From Klebsormidium nitens (taxonomy: Eukaryota; Plantae; Klebsormidiophyceae): a DNA stretch of 39,003 nucleotides. The stretch lies in NCBI GenBank assembly GCA_000708835.1, contig DF237683.1, positions 1 through 39,003 on the forward strand, written 5' to 3'. The translations under genes and the position numbers were made by a program. The notes beneath the pieces were generated by a model. That model was not told the origin of the DNA. It did no database searches and saw only the letters and a list, made by a program, of their open reading frames with translations. This document shows, in pieces, positions 1-11,400 of this stretch; within the stretch, counting starts at the first letter, position 1; every line of letters starts with the position of its first letter.

Positions 1-21
1 GCATGTTTCTGCAAAAATGAG

Positions 22-89
22 TCCGCGACTCTTCCGCGATGGGTCCGCGCTTCCGCTCAGCTCTCCGCTATGCTTCCGCTGTCTTCCGA
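22..89. repeat. Seven phased TCCG(C/A) motifs
   Basis: TCCGC/TCCGA starts at 22, 33, 44, 52, 64, 75 and 85. Confidence 0.8.
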
Positions 90-2099
90 TATGACCATCA
101 CACGTGAGGGCGCAGGATCTTATCACACCATGCATGATGACCAATTATCTACTACAAGATGAAAAAATTGCGTGGGTACAATATATGATAGTGAGCGGTC
201 GGTTTGCCTTTGCATGAAAGTTTGAACAAATTCAAGCCATCGAGCTGCAACCAATCCAAGTATACGAAATTGCTAGCGGCATGGCTTCAAAATGAATCCA
301 TAACACCAATAATACGAAACTTCCATCAGCGACATGAAACACATACATACCGGTTATTGATTGATTTCATCGGCGAGTCTTACTATGGCAGTTGAATGCA
401 TAGGACCTCTTGATAAGCTAGATGGCCATGTAGCTTTTGACCGATTATTGGAGAAGTGCAAGCCCAAGATGGACGTGGCACCGGCAAATCACTGTAGCGG
501 AACACGTGCATACCACCACCGAACACACTTGAGCCATTGCGGAGGCTGCCACGGAGGCACTGCCATTGACCCATTTTGGAAAGGACAGAGGCCTATTCGG
601 GGCCCGCGCACAGAGACGACATGCAGGCCTAGGATCTCGCCAAATACCTCTACGCCGTGATGCATCATCAAGGGCAAGGACCCGGCCCGGCCGGGAGGAG
701 TGGTAGACAGTTTCATCTAGCATAAAACATCACCCACGGCCGTTGATCAGATTAGCATCACCGCGCCGTAGTCGTTTGTACAGCTTACAATCAAGTCATT
801 GGCCGGGAAGTTCATACCACCACATGTACACATGATCTAACATGATGGTAACTTCCAATTTATTAACGCCCAATTAGCCGCCATGGCCGTGGAGCACGGT
901 CTCCGGCATACCCGGGATAGTTTGTTGACTCTGCAGCTTGCTACGGCTGCAAGTCATGTCCCTTGTTCTCTATTCTGAAGCTGGTCCAGTGGACATGATT
1001 CGGGGTCGTTTAAGGCATGCAGAATCATAACCGCGAATGTAGTGACTTCGGAGTCCCACCGAAGCGTTGCCGTATGGGCCATGGCGATCAGGGTTCGTAA
1101 CAGCTCCGCCAAATGACCGTTTGTCGACGCAAACTTTGGGCGTTGCGGATGAAAAAGATGAGACGTCAAAGCCCGCTACTAAGAAATTGGACCAGCGGCC
1201 TGCAAAGTGGGCACGCTTTGGCAATCAGAGCACCATGCAACGCAGAAACAGTAGCTCATGGAAGGTTCCAAGGCTGGTCTTCGGGTGAGAATATTGTGGC
1301 ACAACATATGGCTATGTAGTACGTTGAGCAAATTCATGTCAGGCATATTGTCAATCATGATTGCATTGAATATATGTGGGAAATGATTCACCATCCATTC
1401 AAACTCATAGAAATGCGTCCCGCATGCAAGCAACATCAGACGTGTCTTTCTGATGTCAGCAACGAGCTTGAGCTGTTGAGCCATGACCGTATAATTGTGT
1501 CGGACAACAGTGGGACCCTGGTTTATGATTCGACTTTGCAGAATGCCATGTACACAAACATTCACATTGGGATGTACATAGTAGGTTGGATTAACACGGT
1601 ATGCTTTGTAGACTATCAGGGGGCCAGGGCAGTCAAGGGAAGAACATCAATGCATCCAGCTCTAACTTAAGATCAAATTTTAATGAATCAAGCAGAAGAC
1701 CGCTTCAAGCTCCAATGGAAGTTTGCCAAGAGTGTTGTTACTGGTGAGGGCAAGGAAACACTAGGGATATTCCCTCCTAACAAACTCCCAAGATTGACGT
1801 GGCAGAACCGAGCTGGTTTTGTAGAAGCAAATAGATGAGTCAGCTTTGACAAGCGCAGTTTTTTGAACAAACTCCCTGCCAGAAACCTGTGCTTCAAGCA
1901 AGATCACTGATGCGACCGGTCTACCAGACATAAAGTTCCGTCTCGGGTTCAAAGGCAACCTTTAACTCTTGAGGCGTCAGATGATGGTAAAATCACAACA
2001 AAAGAACATCAGGACATTCATAGTCTGCAACCTTCAAAGTCTGTTACACTTCGCATTTGCAACACAAGATAGCAAAGTCCAAATCGACTCGAGATGATC

Positions 2100-2131
2100 C
2101 TAGTCAAGGAGTAACGTTGCTCCTTGACTAG
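2100..2131. repeat. 32-bp near-perfect palindrome downstream of calmodulin
   Basis: ctagtcaaggagtaacgttgctccttgactag is self-complementary except for one T/G pair. Confidence 0.95.
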
Positions 2132-2673
2132 AGTCTCCCATCCAGTCAGATTGCACGTACTGGAGGATCTATTAACACTCAACTTAGACAGCTCGCAACC
2201 ATAGCAGTAGGCGACCTTTCACAGCTTTAAGGCCAAGCTTGATTGAGAATTCACAGGTGGAAAGATGGCTTTGCAAAAGAAGCATTTTCTACCGCCTCAG
2301 CGCGGTATTCTCACCTTCGGGGCTTTTTGCTGCCCAACTTATCGCAAAGCTGTGTACAAAGAGAGTCGCTGGCCGCTGCTGGTTGATGCAATCCAGAATT
2401 TTTAGGGTGTCCCAAGAGTTCAGCTCTGGCAGAGACAGGGCCCGCAAGCAAGGAATGCAAGGTCAGGACTGATCTGCGAGCAAGTCCAGCGCCCAAAATC
2501 CAGAATAAGTTTGTGCAGTACGCCAGAATTGTCTGGAGATATGCCTGCATGTGGCAATGCTGATTGAACAACGTGGACCCACCTTGCCCTATCAATTGGT
2601 TTCCTGGGATAAGCTAAGCCGACCGATCACCCTTCACACTAAGCTTTTGGCTCGCTGCACCTCATACCATCAC

Positions 2674-3706
<1,033 letters not shown>

Positions 3707-3919
3707 CTACTCCGCTTTGCAGAATGCCAAAGACAAGCCTACGCAATCGTGCAAGTCGCCCGCGCCAGATGGATCCTGAGAAGAAGGTGTTGAAGCAACA
3801 CAAGCTGACTGACAGAGAGAGGCTTGCTCCCAAATCGCCCTGCAAATTGCAAGTGGTGTTTCTCTTCGCGGACGAGCGGAGGGGCAGACGAGCAGGTAGC
3901 GGCTAGCCTGCCGTAGGCA

Positions 3920-4620
3920 ATTACGGTACCCACCTACCTACCTACCTACGGTACTAGGTACGGTATCTAGGTACCTATAGCAGCAACAGATGATAGGTAG
4001 GGTACCGTAGATCCCTTGTCTGTGTGATCAGAATGCAGCGTGCTGCATCTGCATGTGTTGTTCAGCAGTGTGCTCACGGTGCGGTATGTACCGTTTCTCA
4101 TGCTTACAAGTTACACCCATGCTTTAAGGTACCGTACCGTACCTACCTTACTCTGTACTTAGGCTAAGTCGTACAAGGAGGAAGAAAAACTGGTACCAAA
4201 GAGATCAAAACAGGTGGGTAGGTAGGTACCGTACGGAGCCCTGGGCTGCGGGCCGCCAGGCCCTACACCTTGCTGGGACCACGTGGCTAAAAAAACCTCC
4301 AAGCGGTGCGTACCGTGCCTTCCAAAATGAGATACCTATACCTAGGTACCGTAGGTACCTAGGTAGTACGGTAGGCGATATAAGGTACCTAGGTACCTAC
4401 CTAGTGCGTGTACCGGTACTGTACTGGACCTCGGTGCTTCACAACGCAGCAGTGAGCACCCATGAGCACCCGCTGGGTTAGTACCGCATGTAGGTACAGT
4501 ACTTGCAGGCCGTACGGTACCCAAGTCGGTACCGCTCAGCGCTGGTCTCAGATTTTTGAATTGGATTGCCCTCGAAATTAATTAAACGGTCCAGCTGAAA
4601 GATCGGGTACCTAGGTACGT
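3920..4620. repeat. GTAC/GGTACC/CTAG/(CCTA)n-rich degenerate palindromic low-complexity tract upstream of calmodulin
   Basis: About 30 GTAC tetramers in 700 bp by manual count, against about 3 expected. Includes (CCTA)4 near 3933 and a perfect 12-bp-stem hairpin tacctaggtacc-gta-ggtacctaggta at 4339..4365. Confidence 0.9.
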
Positions 4621-5536
4621 TGCCCGGCACGTGGACGAACTCCCCGGTATGTCAATCTCAAAGGTGGACAGTCCGTCCGTCCCGGTAACGCAGCTGGCAA
4701 CAAGAACATTGTAACTGCATGCTCGACGCCCCCCGCTTACGTAACGGCTGGTAAGCTTTTTGGTCGCCCTACCAGAGTCGTGGTGGGACCCGGAGGACAT
4801 GATCACCCCTCGGGGACGCGGTTTCTCATGTACCCGGTGTTTGGAAAAGCGATGAGCCCTCGGATAGCGAAACTGGTACCTCGATTGAGCAGATACCGGT
4901 GGGCACACTGCGTAATTTGAACACCGGTACCAAGTAGCCCTCTAGTGTCAATAGCAAGTACATAGCCGAGGCAGGTACCTACCGGCCTTTTCTCATTGGC
5001 CAAAGCTCCGAAGGCAATTGCAAATTAAATATGTGATGAGTGAATGCCACATTGACACTTTGATAGGAAACCGCATGTAGCGGTGTAGCGGACTCGTACT
5101 ATCATGATCTTCCATGCAAGAGCTTCATCCTTGCTTCATCCGATTTCTCATCCGATTTCATCGCAATGTAGAGCTAGGACTGGGGACCTAAAACTGTAGC
5201 TACGGTACACGTGACTTCCGAAGTACTTTCTTTCAGGTCTTTTCCCGTTCTTTTTTCTCTTTGTTTCTCGACACCCTTTTGACAGTATGGCTAGCATCAT
5301 GTCAAAACATTTCTCGGGGATTCTAGAAATCCAATCCTGGGACTTATGACAAGGTTGGTAGCCGCAGCAACTAGTGACTCGTTCCACCCTTGGATGTGCA
5401 CCAAACCGCCCGTCATGGGGCAGTTGCATAGCAAAGTAGTGACGCAAATCGTCGACCCGGTGAGGATGTCCGGAGCACCGATGGTGTACTCAGAGCAAGC
5501 ACTCATCCACGTACTCGGATGCTTATCACTGCGTTC

Positions 5537-7860
5537 TCATGTCACCCCAGCTGCGGCTCCGGGCAGTGGGTCCGTTGAATGCTGGCTGCTGTGGTCCAGC
5601 GGACGCTGCGCCTCCAGCTGACGCAAGCTCTCAAATAGGCCGATGCCCACGCTGACCGACAGGTTGAGGGAGCGCACATGCCGCTCGCTCATCGGAATAC
5701 GCACCAGGGCGCCCTCTCGACTAATAGCCCCTACAGCCGCTTCGGGAAAGCCTTGGGTCTCACTGCCAAAGAGGAGCCAGTCGCTCTCGCGGTACTTGAC
5801 ATCCGTGTACAGCGTCGTTGCCTTCTTGCTGAAACCAATCAGCCGCTTGGGCCCCGGCTGCATGGAAGTAGAGGGGATCAGGTCGAATAACAGGCTGACA
5901 ACGAGCAGGTGCAGCACGCAGGAGGCAGTGTTGGGAGGAGCACCAAATCACGAAGTAAATTGGGGTTCGCATATCCAGGGCGGCCGCTGTTTGAAGAGGC
6001 CGTAGCGATCCCCTAGATATTAATGCCCATTGCAAGCCATGGCACACTTTTGCGACTGTAATGGCTACAAGAGAGTAGGCTCACAAGAAGCACGGACAGA
6101 GATGATGCGGTCAAGTGCTATCGACTTCACATTGCTACCTTGGGCGATGCACAGGTATGACGGGTCTGCTTTAAGGCGAATGGTGAAAGTTCAAACACTG
6201 AGATACTCATTCAGCGATGCCCTCAGCAATATAGTACCAACATGGCACTTCATTGACACGGTGAGGCAAGAGAGTGCCTGCATAAGGGACACCATGGCGA
6301 GCTGGTTCGACTAGACAGTGCAAAGAGTGTAACTGCCATCTTCTCGCCTGACCGGCGGCCCCCTTTCAAGCCCAAGGTGGGGGAAAGGGCTGGGCGCCCA
6401 CCTGGGTGTGGTAGTAGTCCATGAACGCAGCCCAGGACGAGTGGACGGCCACGCACACGTAGCTGGAGGGGCAGGGGGGCCGCGTGTCAAGGAAAAACGT
6501 GGACAGCAAGGACACCTGAAAGAGGAGCGGGCAGCCGCAGCTGCCTGAGCAGACGCAGACATTCATTCAGCAGACAGTGTATGGAGAGCGTAGGATACGG
6601 CCAGTAGTCCAGGCCCGCGCGCTTGAGCTTGGCGTCGTCCAGCTGGAACCCCATGGGCTGCGAGGGGGCAAGGACGGGGGGGCAGCTCAGAGGCAGCATC
6701 CCCTGGTTCAGGCACCAGGGGACAACACAAAGCTGATAGAAGCACACACAAGGATGATAGTTGTCCAGACTCTCTGTCAAATTTGCAAAGCACTGGCATC
6801 AGCTCTAAGCTGCAGAATGGACAGTGATTGGCTGGGGGCGCTCAGGCTGCCCCCTTGCTCGCCAAGGCGACAACCTTGCCGGGGTCACTGGCAGCTCTTA
6901 GATGAATGTGGGACAAAGGTGCGGGGGAGGTACCTCCACCAGGTGCAGGCGCACCCCCGCGGCTGCGCAGGTGCGGGCAATGGAGCCCGCATTGCCTGGA
7001 ATCTGGGGAAACAGAATGGTAAGGCATCAGCCACAAAGAGGAAGCTAATGCACCGCCACCAATGGCCCGCTCAATCCTCAGTAGCCGGCCAACTGTGCAC
7101 AGAGGAGGCGCCTGATGTTGCCCCCTGTTGGTGCCCACCACCAGGCAGTCTGAGAAAGGCGGCCCCAGTGGTCCCGGTTCCCTTGATAAGAACGTGCAAT
7201 GCACCCGGTGCCCCTGCTGAGTGTTACAGCAGGAAGGTGAGGCGGTACGCACGTACTTCAAGCCAGCTGCACTGCATTCAAGGACAGGCAAGATAGTTCC
7301 ATGATGCTAGAGGGCCCCTACCTGCGGAGAGACCAGCACAACATTGAGAGCGGAGTGAGCCTCGGTGCCCCCCTCCTCAAGCCTCCAGCGCACCTCACTT
7401 ACGGGGCTGCTGCTGTTACCGCCAGCACCACCACCACTCCCATCGTCACTGGTGCTGCAGCGACAGGGGGGCCCTGCACAAGCAGAGGGGGGCCGCCATC
7501 AAGACGTCGCAAGCCAGGGCCAGAAGGGGAGGCTGGGCCAGCCTGTCTCACATATAAGTGCTGCACATGCTGCCTGCAATCTCATTGCACATGCCATGGC
7601 GCCAGTGGCTGTAGCTAGCTCTGGTGACCCCTACCCTGAGTAGTGGGCAGTCCGCTCGGCCATGCCCAGCGCTGGCGGGGCTGCAGCTGTTGCGGCGTCA
7701 GCCTGGCATGCCGGCACCGCAGGGCAGCCCCCCCAAGTGTGAGCAGCCCCACTCGGTCGGAGCGCAGCTGGCGGGAGGGGGTGCTCAGCACCAGGCTAGT
7801 CTCAGCAGGGAGCCAGGAGCCAAGAGTGGACAGGCCCTTGCTTAGAGCAGTGGCGGGCAT
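5537..7860 (-). CDS. trmL: TrmL-like (SpoU family) tRNA wobble 2'-O-methyltransferase with N-terminal organellar transit-like peptide, ~295 aa, 6 exons
   Basis: Exons complement(7635..7860, 7322..7473, 6934..7002, 6599..6657, 6402..6462, 5537..5857) = 888 nt, phases consistent. TrmL motifs: VVLVSPQIPGNAGSIARTCAA, PMGFQLDDAKLKRAGLDYW, LLFGSETQG, VRIPM..HVRSLNLSVSVGIGLFESLRQ. The Ser/Arg/Leu-rich N-terminus looks like a transit peptide; that part of the model is less certain. Confidence 0.93.
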
Positions 7861-8325
7861 CGGGGCAGGGAGGAAAGGAGAGGGGCTCAACAGCAGGCAG
7901 CTCCGAAAGAGGGGGCCAGCTACTGAGCTAGATGAGTCTGACCACCATTCCTGGATGCTCTCTAAAGTTTTGGAATTCTAGGCGAAGGTAGGATTCTAAT
8001 TTCTAGGACTCGGAGGTTCAAACTTCCAAGTTCGTCCTGGATCATGATGTGAAGCTAGAACTTTGCAGATCGACAAAGAAACAGCATATTCATGATCATT
8101 CCAGCCAGTTATAGCGCTCCAGGTTCTGGATATAGGAAATGGTGAGTTTGGAACGGTGATTTCTGAGTTTGGGCTACTACCGGTAGTACTAGAGGCTAGG
8201 TAGGTGCTAGGGTGGCGTGTTTTGAGATGTATAAGCGATATTATAAAAATCCATAAGTCCGCGAAAATCGAGACCATACGCGTGCGCCTTGCACCGATGT
8301 TGACTGTAGCAGAGCTCTATGTACA

Positions 8326-8348
8326 ATATTATAATATCACTGATATCA
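8326..8348. promoter_or_regulatory. Symmetric TATA-like palindrome ATATTATAATAT (8326..8337) followed by TGATATCA in the divergent trmL/RING-UBA promoter
   Basis: A perfect 12-bp AT palindrome that reads the same on both strands, located between two head-to-head ATGs (7860 and 8475). Confidence 0.35.
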
Positions 8349-8474
8349 GGCGATCCGTATCCTGCCGGCCTGTTTTCCCATTGCACTTGCAAAGTTGCAT
8401 GAGCCAAGTTGTGGTGCAACTTCAGGAGGCGATCGTGGTAGGAATCAGAAGAGCTTTGCTCGCGTTCCGTGGCC

Positions 8475-11400
8475 ATGGTGTACCCAAAGCAGCCGCCCCC
8501 CCCGGGCGCTGTGGACAGCTTGAAGGACAAGGTGTTGGCGCTGCATGACTACGAGGGCACGTGCGGCCTCTGCCTGGAGCCGTGCGACAGCACTCAAGAC
8601 GAGCTCAACGCTCTGTCGTGCACCTTTGAGCCGTGCCCCTCGCCGTCTATCTATCATCAGTCCTGCTTGGAGGCCTACCTCAAGAGCATACGCCTGGACA
8701 AGTGAGGCCACAGGGGGCGCGTGTGCCTGGGTGTTGGCAGGCTGGCACACATTGCGGCCGCAGGGTTGACACATTTCTGCAATGAATCAGTTTCAAGAAT
8801 CTTGAATTGCAATGTGCACGTGGTGCAGCTTGAGAACCATCAACCCTGTCTTCAGAAGGTTAGCTAGGCAATCTGGTTGCTTGATCGGCCCTGTGCGGAA
8901 CACGTGCTATCTTAGGGCCCACAATGCATTGTCAATTGCTGCTTTTCATATGTGCAGGCAACGAAAAACAGGGTTTGCATGCCCCCGGAATTGCGGCAAG
9001 GCGGCAAAGGGAGAGAAGGCGTGCCCAGGGCGGGTAAGTTGGGCATCCAATGTGGGTTCTTCCGTGGCAGCGCATGCTTTCACCCTGTGCATTAGTCCCA
9101 TGGTATGCTCTGCTTGCCACGTTGGGGCCAACAATTCTGGCTTCCCCTGCCAGCCAGGGCATGTTTGACCGGTGGGCACATTGTGCAGGTTTCCAAGTCG
9201 CACCCTATTTATGCACGGAATGACAACAGGTACGCTGGACGGGTGCCTCTCAGGACCGCATGGATCTCGCCCTTGCCCTGTGTTGCTGCCCTGCCAATGT
9301 CCCGTACAGCTCAGCTGGTGATGGCCCGCTAGATGCATTGCATGAGCTGCTGTCCCATGTGGCTCCATCCCCTTGCTGCATTGCCACTCTGTTGCCCATC
9401 TGGCGCTGGTGCGTGCAGCAAGAAGCGGCGGAAGGCCAAGATGCCGGACCAGCTCGTGGTGCCCCCCCCAGCAGCAGCAGCAGGCAAGAAGCCGCCCCTG
9501 CCCAAGATGTCTCCCAAGGGCGAGGAGAAGAGCCCGGGCGAGGAGGCGGGCAAAGTGGTGGCCCTGGTGCGCGGGGAGCGGGGCGGGGGCAGCAAGGCGG
9601 TGCCCATTCTGGTGGTCAACAGCGCCAAGCAGCAAGCGGCGGCCGCACACGAGGAGGCGCGCGCAGAGGTGCTGCTCATCCGCGCGCGCAGCGCTGCCAG
9701 CAAAGAGGGCAGCCGTACAGACGACAAGGGGGCCCAGCAGAAGAAGGGGGAGGCCGAGGCGGACGAGGAGTATGCGCCCCCGCGGGGGCCAGCCTCCCTG
9801 GCCGACTTTGCAGTGTCTATAACAAAGGTCAAGGGCCGCAAGGGCACGCCCGCGACTGGCTCGGCCCCCGAAGCAAAAAAGAGCAAGGAAGAGGTGAGCG
9901 GCACCTGGGGGGCAGGGGAAGGAGGGACAGCGGGGCTGAGCAGGATATGCAGTAAGGAGCCTCCGCAGAAGAAATTCTGAAGCTTTCATGGACAGGGTTG
10001 ATTAGCGAACAAGTGCATTGCAGTGAGCCAGACGAGCCAGAGTTAGATTCCAAGGGAGGCACAAAGCAAAGGCCCGAGGCAAATGCCAGTTGCTTACTGC
10101 TGTTGCATCTGCTTTTGCTGCGCCAGGTACCAGCCATTGCTCCACCTGAGGGCCCACCCGCTGTTGTGGAGGCTGCGCCTGCCCCTCCCGCGAATGGGGC
10201 GCTGCAGGCCGGCCCTGATGCCGCCTTTGAGGCCCCTCCCTCTCCCAAAGTAGAGGAGAGCCCACGCAAGGCACTCACTGATGGCCCCCGACAAGAGGAG
10301 GCTGCCAAGACCTTGAGGTGAGGCGCGCCAGTCAAACTATTGCAACTGCTGCATCCATGTGTGTGACTCCTGCAAAGTAAGTTCTCAGCATACGGTCGCA
10401 TGTCCATTGTTGGCGTGTGGCTGATGCGCTTGTCGTTCCATGAGCGCGTGTGCTCCTTGTTGCTCTGGCAGGAGCCCCAGCAAGAGCCAGCGCAAGCACC
10501 AGCAGCGGCTAGCCGCTCGTCACCTGCGCGAGAAGCAGGACGCGGGCCTGCGCACCAAGGAGGGGGGCATTGGGGCCCTCCAAGCGGGCATCTCCTCCGC
10601 CAGTAATGCCACAGTGGTGCCGTCGTCCGCTCTGCAGCAGCCACTAGAGACCGTGCAAGAGACAGCCGCCTTTCCGCCTCTGCCGTCCTCCAAGCCTGTT
10701 GCCCCCCCGCCGTTGGTGCCCGCCCTCCCGGCCTTGCGCCTCACGCCGCCCCCCGCAAAGGACGACCCCATGCCAGAGCCCCCGGTGGCAGCGGCCCCAG
10801 GGCCGGAGGTGACCCTGGGCCAGGCCGACGGGCAGGCCGGGCGGGGCCAGTGGAGCACCGCCTGCGAGGCTGCCCTGCGGGAGCGCAAGATCCAGGTCCA
10901 CGCGGCGCAGCTCCAAGGGTGAGGGATTGCCCCTCCTTCCCGTGCATGCCATCAGGCTCGCCGCCCTTCCTGGAGCTGCTGCTCTGTGCGATGCTGCTGG
11001 CACTGCCACCGCCCAAGCTGCTGCCTTTGCCCCTCCTTGCCGCTGACGGTCGCCTCGGTTTTGCCCCCTGTCTCCCCCAGGCTGGGCTACTTTTCGGAGG
11101 TGCAGTGTGTGGCGGCAGTGCGCGCCTGCGGGGCGGACCTCGGCCGCTGCTGCGACTGGCTGCTCTCCGGCGGGACCAAGGGGCCCGCTACCCCGCCCCA
11201 GCTGGTGAGCACAGTGGCCTTACCCTCGCAGACAAATGTGTTCAAGCCGTTCCTGCTTCTCGTTCCTGTGTCAATTGAGTACACAAGCTCTTACATGCCC
11301 TCTCTCTTCGAGAGACAGGCTTGGTACGTCTGTCTTCTTACTCTTTCCCCCTTGTGGCTCACTGCTCGTTGCGCTGTGCTGTGCAGGACATCAGTGCGGA

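Noticed and set aside
6577-7296. 239-aa plus-strand ORF
   Set aside because: It is antisense to trmL exons and introns, with no recognisable domain.
8946-9989. 347-aa minus-strand ORF
   Set aside because: It is antisense to GC-rich exon 4 of the RING-UBA gene and has no independent coding signal.
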